A stretch of 64,000 bases of DNA, from NCBI GenBank assembly GCA_003150485.1, contig QALX01000007.1, forward strand, positions 66,020 to 130,019, in the 5' to 3' direction. Below, piece after piece: positions 41,115 through 50,273 of the stretch. Origin of the DNA: Clostridiales bacterium. Lineage in GTDB: Bacteria; Bacillota; Clostridia; Oscillospirales; Oscillospiraceae. The notes beneath the pieces were generated by a model. It saw nothing but the letters and a program-made list of their open reading frames with translations, was not told the origin of the DNA and did not search any database. Position 1 is the first letter of the stretch. Every line of letters starts with the position of its first letter. The position numbers and the translations under genes are program-made.

Positions 41115-42311
41115 TCACCGATTCCGCCGGGCCTGGATGGCGTCCAGGAGCAGGTCGGCCGCCTCCTCTTTGGACACCAGGGGCAGTTCCTCCAGATGGT
41201 CCTTTGTGATCAGGGTCAGCTGGTTGGTGTCCACCTGGAACCCGGCCCCCGCCACCTTGACGTTGTTGGCGGCAATCATATCCAGGTTCTTTTTCTCCAG
41301 CTTCTTCCGGGAGTTCTCCACCATGTCCCGGGTCTCCATGGAGAAGCCGCACAGGAACTGGCCCGGCTTCCGATGCTGGCCCAGGTAACCGATGATGTCC
41401 TGGGTACGGGCCAGGGGGATGGCCATCTCCCCTTCTTTTTTCTTGATCTTGTCCTGGGCCACTTCCACCGGCCGGTAGTCCGCCACCGCCGCGGCCTTGA
41501 TGATGATATCCTGGTCCGTGGCCCGGGCCACCACCGCCTCATACATGTCCTGGGCGGACTCCACGTACACCGTGTCCACGTAGGGCAGCTGTTTCAGGCT
41601 CACCGGCCCGGAGATCAGGGTCACCTCCGCCCCCCGGCGCGCCGCCGCCTGGGCGATGGCGTAGCCCATCTTACCGCTGGACCGGTTGGTCAGATAGCGC
41701 ACCGGGTCCAGATTCTCCCGGGTGGGCCCGGCGGTGACCAGCACGCGCTGGCCCCTCAAATCCTTCTCGTGGGCCAGGTAGTGGAGCACCGTCTGGAGCA
41801 GCTCCTGGGGCTCCGGCAGCTTTCCCTTCCCCGTCACGCCGCAGGCCAGGTAGCCGCTGGCGGGCTCCACGATCTCCCAGCCGTACCGGCGCAGGGTGTT
41901 CAGGTTGTCCTGGGTCACCGGGTTTTCGTACATCTTTGTATTCATGGCGGGGACCGCGATCTTGGGACAGTTGCAGGCCAGCACCGTGGTGGTCAGCATG
42001 TCATCGGCCATACCGTGGGCCAGCTTGGCAATGACATTGGCCGTGGCCGGGGCGACGAGCACCAGGTCCGCCTGGTCCGCCACCGCCACGTGCTCCACCT
42101 TGAACTGGAAGTTCCGGTCAAAGGTGTCCACCAGAGCCTTGTTGCCGGTGAGGGTCTCAAAGGTCACCGCCGTGATAAACTCCGTGGCATTCCGGGTCAT
42201 GAGCACCTGGACGTTGCAGCCCAGCTTCACCAGGGCCGAGGCCAGGTTGGGCATTTTATAGGCCGCGATGCCGCCCGTGACCCCCAATACCACTGTTTTT
42301 CCCTTCAGCAT
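41115..42311 (-). CDS. coaBC: Bifunctional phosphopantothenoylcysteine decarboxylase / phosphopantothenate--cysteine ligase
   Basis: GVTGGIAAYK, PAMNTKM, TAGPTRE.LDPVRYLTNRSSGKMG and AAAVADY motifs. Confidence 0.96.
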   Translation of the reverse strand: MLKGKTVVLGVTGGIAAYKMPNLASALVKLGCNVQVLMTRNATEFITAVTFETLTGNKALVDTFDRNFQFKVEHVAVADQADLVLVAPATANVIAKLAHGMADDMLTTTVLACNCPKIAVPAMNTKMYENPVTQDNLNTLRRYGWEIVEPASGYLACGVTGKGKLPEPQELLQTVLHYLAHEKDLRGQRVLVTAGPTRENLDPVRYLTNRSSGKMGYAIAQAAARRGAEVTLISGPVSLKQLPYVDTVYVESAQDMYEAVVARATDQDIIIKAAAVADYRPVEVAQDKIKKKEGEMAIPLARTQDIIGYLGQHRKPGQFLCGFSMETRDMVENSRKKLEKKNLDMIAANNVKVAGAGFQVDTNQLTLITKDHLEELPLVSKEEAADLLLDAIQARRNR

Positions 42312-42570
42312 GTGCATGTTCCCCCGTTTCTGTTTGATTGCAACCCAGTATAACAAATTTCCAAACCACTGTAAACCGCTCCTTTCCCGCGAAAAAGCCT
42401 TTACAGGCCCGGAAAACCCTTCTATAATGAAGGAATGGCTGTGCCGCCGCCCTTTCCGCTGTACCCCGCACCGGGGACAGCAGGAAACACACGGCGACTG
42501 CGCACAGCTGATCACGATCAGCGCCGTATCCCAAGCGCAAAACGGGAACGGCAGCAGGAGGTAATTGAAT

Positions 42571-43293
42571 ATGCGCAATTCGAGCAACCAGGGCGCCCGC
42601 GCCACCCGCAGCGCGTCCATCCGCAGCATGGTGCTGCTGGCCATGTTCACGGCAATCATCATCCTGATGGCCTTCACGCCCATCGGGTATATTGATCTGC
42701 CCATCATCAAGGCCACCCTGATTCACGTCCCTGTCATCGTGGGCGCCGTTCTGATGGGCCCCAAAAAGGGCGCGTTCCTGGGCTTCGTGTTCGGGCTCAC
42801 CAGCCTGATCAAGAACACCATCATGCCCAGTGCCCTGTCCTTCGCCTTTTCCCCCTTGATTCCAGTGCCCGGCCTGGACAAGGGCAGCCTGTGGGCCTTG
42901 GTGATCTGTTTTATCCCCCGGATTCTGGTGGGTGTCACTCCATGGCTGATCTACAAGCTGGGTTCCGTCCTCGCCCGGAAAGCGGGCACGGTGGGCCGTG
43001 GCGTGGTGTTGGTGCTGTCCGGCATCGCGGGGGCCATGACCAACACCATCCTGGTGATGGGGCTGATCTACCTGCTCTTCAAAGACGCCTACGCTGCGGT
43101 TCAGAACGTCCCGGTGGACGCCGTGCTGGGCGTGGTGCTGGGTGTGGTGGGAACCAACGGCGTCATGGAATCCATTGTGGCCGCAGTCATCACCGCCGCA
43201 CTCTGTCTCCCCCTGATCCGGGTGCTGAAGCTGGAGCGGTCCGCTCCCCAGTCCATTTCGGTTGAATCAGCTGACCCCGTCACTTTTTCCTGA
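42571..43293 (+). CDS. panT: ECF transporter S component, pantothenate type (PanT-like)
   Basis: FTPIGYI..P..ATLIHVPVIVG, PRILVG and TNTILV motifs; divergent from coaBC. Confidence 0.78.
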   Translation: MRNSSNQGARATRSASIRSMVLLAMFTAIIILMAFTPIGYIDLPIIKATLIHVPVIVGAVLMGPKKGAFLGFVFGLTSLIKNTIMPSALSFAFSPLIPVPGLDKGSLWALVICFIPRILVGVTPWLIYKLGSVLARKAGTVGRGVVLVLSGIAGAMTNTILVMGLIYLLFKDAYAAVQNVPVDAVLGVVLGVVGTNGVMESIVAAVITAALCLPLIRVLKLERSAPQSISVESADPVTFS

Positions 43294-43582
43294 CATTTTT
43301 ATCCTATTATACGTAAAAACTCCCGACTTCGGGAGCTTTTTTCTCAAAAACATTTACTTTGCAGAGAATAAATGGTACACTTTTATGGTTAACGCTGTTA
43401 ACAGCCTGCGCCGCGGAACGATCCGCTGGCACCCACCCCATTGACGCCGACCGTTTAGCTGGCGAAAGGAGGCACCCTTCCCCGCAGGACACCGCACAAC
43501 TGCAAAAACACTCCTGCCCACCTGAACTCCGGAGCCAATAGAGAGAAAGAAAACAGAACATACCGTACGGAGGATATTTTGT

Positions 43583-46500
43583 ATGAGAATTTGGAAGCGC
43601 CTTGTGAGCTTTCTGTTGGTTTTCGTCATGATGTTCAGCCTGGCCATTCCCGCCAGCGCTGCCAGCATACGTCTGAGCAAGACATCTACCACCATATATG
43701 TGGGCAGCAGCACAACGCTGAAAGTGACCGGAACCACCAGGAAAGTATCATGGTCTACATCCAAAAAGTCAGTTGCAACCGTCAGCTCCAAGGGCAAGGT
43801 CACTGCAAGGAAAGCGGGTTCCGCCACCATCCGGGCAAAAGTGGCGGGCAAAACCCTGTCCTGCAAGGTGACGGTGAAAAACGTCGCCCTGAATAAAAGC
43901 AAGGTGACCCTGTATTCCGGGTCAAGCACCACTCTGAAGCTCTACGGCGGCACCATCAAATCGGTGAAGAGCAGCAGAACTTCGGTGGCTACCATCTCCA
44001 AGTCCGGCAAGCTCACCGCCAAGAAGGCCGGCTCCGCCACCATCTACGTCTACAGCACCAAGAACAAGCGGTACACCTGCAAGGTGACGGTCAAGGCTCG
44101 TCTGAGCGCCAACAAGGTGGTCCTGCCGGTGGGGGATTACACCAAGATCTACCTGCGCGGCGCAACGCTGAAGTCCGTTAAGACCAGCAGCACCTCGGTG
44201 GCCACCGTCTCCAAGGACGGCAAGTACATCGTTATCAGAGCCAAGAAGAAGGGCTCTGCCACCATCACCGCCTATGACACCGGGAAACACAAGTACTCCT
44301 GCTCTGTCAGAGTAGAGGCGCCCTCCCTCAGTAAAACCTCCCTGTCTCTGGACCCCGACGAGACTTACACCCTGAAACTCAATGGCAACACCCAGAAGGT
44401 AACCTGGTCCTCCAGCGTCAAGCGTGTGGCCACCGTCAGTTCCAAGGGCAAGGTGACCGCCAAGGAGCCGGGCAGCACCACCATCCAGGCCAAGGTCGAC
44501 CACAAGACCTACTCCTGTGCTGTCACCGTGACCCAGCAGAATTACAACACCGTTTACACGGTCATTTTCGACAGCAACGGCGGCTCCGATGTGACTGAGC
44601 AGGCCATCTACGACGGCAGCTGCGCCTACGAGCCGGAGGCCCCCACCCGTGAGGGCTACGTATTCGACGGCTGGTACGCCGACAACGACCTGACCACCGC
44701 CTACGATTTCACCACTCCGGTCACCGGGGACATCACCCTGTACGCCAAGTGGACCCGCATCTCCGTAAGCATCTCCCTGGACGGCGGAGACTATGACGAC
44801 AATATTGTCAACCGCACGGTCTCCGGCAGTGTTACCGCCAACGTGGGGATCGATACGGTCCGCTATGAGCTGACGGGGAGTGTCAATACCTCCTCCGGCC
44901 AGATTGAACTGGACGAAAATCAGGCGTTCCAGCTCCCGGTCCTGCTGGAGGACGGCTCCAACACCCTGACCGTGACTGCGGACACTGCGGACGGCTCCTC
45001 CACCAGCGAAACGTTGACCCTGACCTACGACAGCGGCCAGGTGTATGACCTGAGCGAAGCCACTTCCGAGGAGGGCGGCTGGCTGATGGTCCAGCCCCTG
45101 GACAGCGGCGCTGAAACCGCTGAAGCGGGGGACTCCAGCGAGGAACCAGAGACAAATACCTACTACGCATCCAACCTGCTGAACCTGTATTTCGACCCGG
45201 AGACCACCTTCTCCGAACGAACCGACTTCGTCTCCAACACCCTGGGCGGCTCGGTAGCCGGGTACCTGAACGCCCTGGACATGGTCCAGGTCCACCTGCC
45301 CGCCACCCTGAGCAACGCCAGCGACGTGGGCTACACCGGTGAAACCAACCTGAGCGTCATCAGCGACGAAGACCTCCAGGCTTATGCGGACGCCCTGGCG
45401 GCAACCTACGACATTCTGGAGAGCGCCGACGTGGAGTTCATCTACGAGGGACTCACCGCCGTAGTGGACTCCAACGACCCCTGGGGCACCGGCTCCTCCA
45501 CCAGCGAGGCCCTGAACGGAAACGCCTGGTGGATCAACGCCATCGGCGCCAACAGCGCCTGGGATTTTGACAACTACTACAATCTGGACTACCTGGTGCC
45601 TGTCACCCTGGGCGTGGTGGACGCCGGATACCAGGAGAACCACCCCGATCTGACCGGCAGACTCGACGTCATCAGCAGCGAGGACTCGGCAGATAACCAC
45701 GGCACCCATGTGTCCGGCATCATCGCCGCCACCGCCGACAACAACGAGGGCATCGCCGGTATCACCCACAACAACGCCTCTCTGCTGGGCTACGACGCCA
45801 TGCCCTCCAACGGCACCGGCATGTCCAGCTCCGCCATCTTCCAGGGCCTGACCGACACCGTGGAAGGCGGCGCAAAGGTGGTCAACTTCTCCCTGGGCTC
45901 CTCCGGCAGCGTGGCCCCTGGCGGCAGCAAGTCCACCAGCACCATCAACTCAGAGGGCAAAGCCTCCTCAAAGGCCATGGGCAAGCTGCTGGGCAAGGGC
46001 TACGACTTCGTGGTGGTCCAGTCCGCCGGCAACGGCAACAGCAGCCAGATCGGCATTGACTACACCAACAACGGCGTCTTCTGTGCCATCAACTCGGCCA
46101 ACTGCTTCTCCCAGAACAATGGGATTTTCCACTCCGCTGTCAGCCAGAATGACATTATGGACCGGATTTTGGTGGTCTCCGCCACCGACCGGGACAACCA
46201 GCTGACCAGATTCTCCAACGGCGGTACCGGCGACCTCAACGAAATCGCGGCCCCCGGTGACAACATCTACAGCTGTATCACCGGCAGCAGCTATCGAAAC
46301 ATGAGCGGCACCTCTATGGCCGCACCTATGGTCACCGCCGTCTGCGGCCTGACCTGGTCCGCCAACAAGGCCCTCTCCGGCGCACAGGTGGTGGATCTGG
46401 TCATGGGCAACACCTCTGTCACCGCTGCCACCAACTCCACTGCCGACACCAATGGCGGCATGGGCATTGTGGACGCCAACCTGGCCGTCAGCGCCGCTGT

Positions 46501-47314
46501 ACGCACCCGTGGAACCGATTACGGCTACGTGGTAGACGCCACCAACAATAACGCCCTGGCAAACGCCACCGTCAAGCTCCACAAGGGCAACAAGAACGGC
46601 CCCCTGGCCGGCAACAGCGGCACTTACACCTGTGACAGCAGCGGTCGGTTCACCCTGCCCGAGCTGCCCCTGGGCACCTACACCCTGGAGATCTCCGCCG
46701 AAGGCTACGTCACCAAGTTCTCCACCTGGACCATCATTGATTCCGGCATCACCGACGGCATGAGCCTGAACCGGGGCACCTTCGCTCTGACTCCGCTGAT
46801 GAACGAGGGCCAGTACCGAATCGTTCTCTCCTGGGGCGAGACCCCCAGCGACCTGGACTCCCACCTGACAGCCAACCTCAGCGACAGCAGCCAGTACCAC
46901 GTGTACTACAGCCAAAAGAACCCCAGCCCCGAGTACGCCAACCTGGACGTGGATGACACCTCATCCTATGGGCCGGAGACCGTCACCATCACCAACTTCG
47001 ACAGCCTGTACAACAAGAAGTATGCGGTACATGACTACACCAACCGCGACAGTTCTTCCTCCTCTGAGCTGTCCAAGTCCGACGCCACGGTGGCCGTGTA
47101 CAAGGGCGAGCAGCTGCTCCGCACCTTCCACGTCCCCACCAACACCGGCGGCACCGAATGGGATGTGTTCGCCTTTGACGCCAACGGCAACATCGTTTCC
47201 ATCAATTCCATGACCTACTGCTCCTCTCCCTCTGAGGTGCTGGGGAGCAGCACCTCCAGCGCAGAGGCCACCACCATGGAGGTCCCGCTGAAGGACTACG
47301 AAAAGAACCCGTAA
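43583..47314 (+). CDS. Secreted multidomain S8 (subtilisin-like) serine peptidase: Big_2 Ig repeats, Listeria-Bacteroides repeat, S8, carboxypeptidase-regulatory-like and YfaP/DUF2135-like domains
   Basis: Signal peptide ending ASA; WSTSKKSVATVSSKGKVTA repeats; FDSNGGS..PTREGY.FDGWY..TLYAKW; triad GVVDAG / HGTHVSG / GTSMAAP; C-terminal VLSWG..P.DLDSHL..LDVDD...YGPET. Confidence 0.88.
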   Translation: MRIWKRLVSFLLVFVMMFSLAIPASAASIRLSKTSTTIYVGSSTTLKVTGTTRKVSWSTSKKSVATVSSKGKVTARKAGSATIRAKVAGKTLSCKVTVKNVALNKSKVTLYSGSSTTLKLYGGTIKSVKSSRTSVATISKSGKLTAKKAGSATIYVYSTKNKRYTCKVTVKARLSANKVVLPVGDYTKIYLRGATLKSVKTSSTSVATVSKDGKYIVIRAKKKGSATITAYDTGKHKYSCSVRVEAPSLSKTSLSLDPDETYTLKLNGNTQKVTWSSSVKRVATVSSKGKVTAKEPGSTTIQAKVDHKTYSCAVTVTQQNYNTVYTVIFDSNGGSDVTEQAIYDGSCAYEPEAPTREGYVFDGWYADNDLTTAYDFTTPVTGDITLYAKWTRISVSISLDGGDYDDNIVNRTVSGSVTANVGIDTVRYELTGSVNTSSGQIELDENQAFQLPVLLEDGSNTLTVTADTADGSSTSETLTLTYDSGQVYDLSEATSEEGGWLMVQPLDSGAETAEAGDSSEEPETNTYYASNLLNLYFDPETTFSERTDFVSNTLGGSVAGYLNALDMVQVHLPATLSNASDVGYTGETNLSVISDEDLQAYADALAATYDILESADVEFIYEGLTAVVDSNDPWGTGSSTSEALNGNAWWINAIGANSAWDFDNYYNLDYLVPVTLGVVDAGYQENHPDLTGRLDVISSEDSADNHGTHVSGIIAATADNNEGIAGITHNNASLLGYDAMPSNGTGMSSSAIFQGLTDTVEGGAKVVNFSLGSSGSVAPGGSKSTSTINSEGKASSKAMGKLLGKGYDFVVVQSAGNGNSSQIGIDYTNNGVFCAINSANCFSQNNGIFHSAVSQNDIMDRILVVSATDRDNQLTRFSNGGTGDLNEIAAPGDNIYSCITGSSYRNMSGTSMAAPMVTAVCGLTWSANKALSGAQVVDLVMGNTSVTAATNSTADTNGGMGIVDANLAVSAAVRTRGTDYGYVVDATNNNALANATVKLHKGNKNGPLAGNSGTYTCDSSGRFTLPELPLGTYTLEISAEGYVTKFSTWTIIDSGITDGMSLNRGTFALTPLMNEGQYRIVLSWGETPSDLDSHLTANLSDSSQYHVYYSQKNPSPEYANLDVDDTSSYGPETVTITNFDSLYNKKYAVHDYTNRDSSSSSELSKSDATVAVYKGEQLLRTFHVPTNTGGTEWDVFAFDANGNIVSINSMTYCSSPSEVLGSSTSSAEATTMEVPLKDYEKNP

Positions 47315-47392
47315 CCCATTCACCTTATACCGCTTTCCGCCCTGGCTCCGGCCGGGGCCGGAAAGCGGCCCTATTCCTGGAGGGGAAATGCC

Positions 47393-47941
47393 ATGAAACG
47401 GAACTATTATCCCCGCTTTCCCAGCTTTTTGCTGGCCCTGTTGCTGCTGCTGCCCCTGTGGGGCTGTTCCGCCGCCTCTGAAAGCGAGAGCGGGAGCGCA
47501 AGTGCAAGCCAGAGTACCGCCCCGCAGATTACCGGTCTTGACCCGGATCAGATTCAATTCTTCCAAGTCAAGACCAGCTATTGGGAGCAGGAGAGCCCCC
47601 AGCAGTATGTACTCCCATCTGCGGCCGATTTCCAGGCCTTCAGCGCCGCCCACTCTCACATCGCGGAGGACCCGGCTTTTATCGACGCTGTGGGCATTCT
47701 GGACCAGTCGTTTTTTGACGAACACATTCTCCTCTGCGCCCTGGTGACCACCGGCTCCGGCTCGGACCGATATGCCGTCACCGGCCTGGAACAGGGGCCG
47801 GACGGCGTCCTCACCATGACCGCCCGGTGCACTCCGGCAGAACTGGGCACCGCCGACCTGGCGGAGTGGTTCCTGCTGGCCCAGGTTCCCCGGGACGCTC
47901 TGGACAGCGTGCCGGAGAACTTCCAGCTGGTTCTGGAATAG
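47393..47941 (+). CDS. Lipoprotein with a possible PrcB C-terminal-like domain
   Basis: Lipobox LWGC; F.E..LL..V.TGSGS..Y.V...TAD...W.L pattern. Confidence 0.6.
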   Translation: MKRNYYPRFPSFLLALLLLLPLWGCSAASESESGSASASQSTAPQITGLDPDQIQFFQVKTSYWEQESPQQYVLPSAADFQAFSAAHSHIAEDPAFIDAVGILDQSFFDEHILLCALVTTGSGSDRYAVTGLEQGPDGVLTMTARCTPAELGTADLAEWFLLAQVPRDALDSVPENFQLVLE

Positions 47942-48022
47942 GGCGCAAAAAAATGTACCCCACAGCAGGTGGGGTACATTTTTATGTCATCCGTTCCGCC
48001 GTCGGGGCAGGGAACGGCTCTG

Positions 48023-48565
48023 TTACAGATAGGTGACCAGCTCGGAGGCGGGCTTCCGGGGAGGCATTTTGCTGTCGCCGGCGGGGTAGCCGATGGCGAT
48101 CATGCCGGTGACGGTCTGGTTCTCGGGCAGATGGATCAGCTCGGCCATGGCCACTTCGTCGAACACGCCCATGATAACGGTACCCAGGCCGCAGTCTGTG
48201 GCGGCCAGGCACAGGGTCTGGGCGGAGATACCGGCGTCGTACATGGTCCATGTGTCCCCCTTGGAGGTGTCCACACTGCCGTCGGGGCTGTGGCCGGAGA
48301 TGCTGTTCACGGTGCTCTGGATCAGCAGCACCGGGCAGCGGCTGATGGTCTTCTGGTTCAGGGCAAAGCCCAGCACCGCCTTCTCGGCGATCTCCGCCTT
48401 CAGCGCGGGGTCATCCACCACCGTGTAGCGCACCGACTGGGTATTTTTCCAGGAGGGCGCATAGGTAACAGCCTCGAAAATCTTGTCCAGGGTCTCCCGG
48501 GTGACAGGCTGGTCCGAATACTTCCGCACACTGCGTCGGGTCTTAATACATTCCAATGCTTCCAT
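48023..48565 (-). CDS. Nitroreductase family protein
   Basis: IKTRRSVRKY, APSWKN.Q, GLGTVIMG, IAIGYP and PRK motifs. Confidence 0.92.
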   Translation of the reverse strand: MEALECIKTRRSVRKYSDQPVTRETLDKIFEAVTYAPSWKNTQSVRYTVVDDPALKAEIAEKAVLGFALNQKTISRCPVLLIQSTVNSISGHSPDGSVDTSKGDTWTMYDAGISAQTLCLAATDCGLGTVIMGVFDEVAMAELIHLPENQTVTGMIAIGYPAGDSKMPPRKPASELVTYL

Positions 48566-48889
48566 AAAAACCTTCCTTTCGGTTGCTTCGACCACAGTCT
48601 TTGCTCTTTGATGGATTCATTATAATAACTTCACCAGTAAATGTCCAGCAAAAAATGCACAACATGCCAGTAAAACGCCCGTTTCTTCCGTGCACAGCGC
48701 CCATTTTTTTCGGCTCCGATTGTTCATTTCGCCAAAAATTCAATTCTATGACTTCTACTATTGACTTTGGCCCCACCCCGGGCATTATAATATTAAGGTA
48801 TTTTGCAATAGAACCGCGGCTCCCAGCGTTTTCTCTCCCGCCATCGGGCCCGGTTTACACTGATGATTTTCACGCATGGAGGTACCGTT

Positions 48890-49426
48890 ATGAGCCGCAC
48901 AGTTTTAATTCTCTCTTCCAGTCCCCGCATCGGTGGCAACAGCGACCTGCTTTGCGATTCCCTCGCGGCCGGTGTCGAGTCCGTTGGAAATAAGGCCGTA
49001 AAGCTGCACGTCGCCCAGATGAAAATCGCACCCTGCCGGGCCTGCGAGTACTGCCACGAAAAGAGCGACGGGGTCTGCGTCATCCGGGATGACATGGATC
49101 AGATTTGGGCCGCACTGGACCAGGCAGACGCCGTAGTCTTCGCCTCCCCCATCTACTTCTTCGACTGCTCCGCCCAGCTCAAGCTGGTCATTGACCGGCT
49201 CTACGCACGCTATGAGCAGATGCAGGTGGAAAACAGCGCCCTGCTCCTCACCTGCGGCGCCGAGGAGGATGTGGCCGAGTCCGCCATGATCCTCTACCGT
49301 AAGCTGGCCGCCTGCTGCGGCTTCCAGGACAAGGGCATTCTCTGCGCCACTGACGTGTGGGCCGCAGGCGAGATCCAGGAAAAGAACGTACTCCAGGACG
49401 CCTACAATCTGGGCAAGATTCTGTGA
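48890..49426 (+). CDS. Flavodoxin-family / iron-sulfur flavoprotein-like protein
   Basis: SSPRIGGNS, CRACEYC...C, ASPIYF and QLKLVIDR motifs; paralogous to 2762-3298. Confidence 0.85.
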   Translation: MSRTVLILSSSPRIGGNSDLLCDSLAAGVESVGNKAVKLHVAQMKIAPCRACEYCHEKSDGVCVIRDDMDQIWAALDQADAVVFASPIYFFDCSAQLKLVIDRLYARYEQMQVENSALLLTCGAEEDVAESAMILYRKLAACCGFQDKGILCATDVWAAGEIQEKNVLQDAYNLGKIL

Positions 49427-49513
49427 CGGCTTCCGCTGGGTGTTTACAAACTCTTCACAATTATTTCACGGTTTATCCACGCCTTTTTTCCAGCCCCCTG
49501 CTACACTAAGCAT

Positions 49514-49607
49514 ACAGGAAATAAAACTTCTTTCCTGGCTCTTTCTCTCTCTTCTAAACAACGAAATCCCACCCAACATCCTTTGATGGCGGGTGGGATT
49601 TCGTTTT
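49514..49607 (+). ncRNA. Candidate small RNA A
   Basis: Four phased boxes plus TG-C-TACACT -10 upstream; 5' hairpin, CU-rich stretch and terminator; no ORF. Confidence 0.5.
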
Positions 49608-49619
49608 ATGCGCTGTCCC

Positions 49620-50273
49620 TCAGGCATGTTCCTCCAGGTAGCGCGCTACGGCGTCCAGGTCCGGCAGGATCGCCGCGGTCAGGCCCTCCATCTCCCGGGT
49701 GGGCGGCAGCAGGTCGGGAACCATAATCGCCCTCATACCGGCGGCCGCGGCAGCCCGGATGCCGTTATAGGAGTCCTCAATGGCCCAGGCCTCCCCCGGG
49801 GCCACGTCCAGGGCCCGGCAGGCCAGCAGGTAAATATCCGGGGCGGGCTTGCTCCGCTCCAGCTGGTCCCCGGTGACCACCTGGTCGAAGTAGCGCAGCA
49901 GGTCCACACTTTTCAGCTCGCACTCCACCAGCTCCCGCCGGGTGGAGCTGGCCAGGCCGATGGCCGCGTCCTGCGCCCGCAGGCGGGCCAGGATCTCCGC
50001 CGCCCCCGGCTTCAGGGGCATACCGGTTTTCTCAATGGCCCCGAAGAACAGGCTGCGGCAGGCCTCCTGGAACCGGTCATAGGAACACTCCGGGTACCGG
50101 GCCTGGAACACCCCCCGGGTGTGCCGCCGGGTGGTGCCCACGCACTGAAGGAACGTCTCGCCGATGTCCGCCAGCCCCTGCTGCTCCCCCACCTGCCGCC
50201 AGCAGCGCTGAATCAGCCGCTCGGAGTCAAAGAGCACTCCATCCATGTCAAATATGACGTATTTCTTTTTCAT
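49620..50273 (-). CDS. HAD family phosphatase (beta-PGM-like)
   Basis: FDMDGVLFDSE, ASST, KPAPDIY and IEDSYNG motifs. Confidence 0.92.
   Translation of the reverse strand: MKKKYVIFDMDGVLFDSERLIQRCWRQVGEQQGLADIGETFLQCVGTTRRHTRGVFQARYPECSYDRFQEACRSLFFGAIEKTGMPLKPGAAEILARLRAQDAAIGLASSTRRELVECELKSVDLLRYFDQVVTGDQLERSKPAPDIYLLACRALDVAPGEAWAIEDSYNGIRAAAAAGMRAIMVPDLLPPTREMEGLTAAILPDLDAVARYLEEHA

Noticed and set aside
43510..43575. c-di-AMP (ydaO) riboswitch words AACTCCGGAG and GTACGGAGGA
   Set aside because: They are in the wrong order, the second is the RBS, and the core elements are missing
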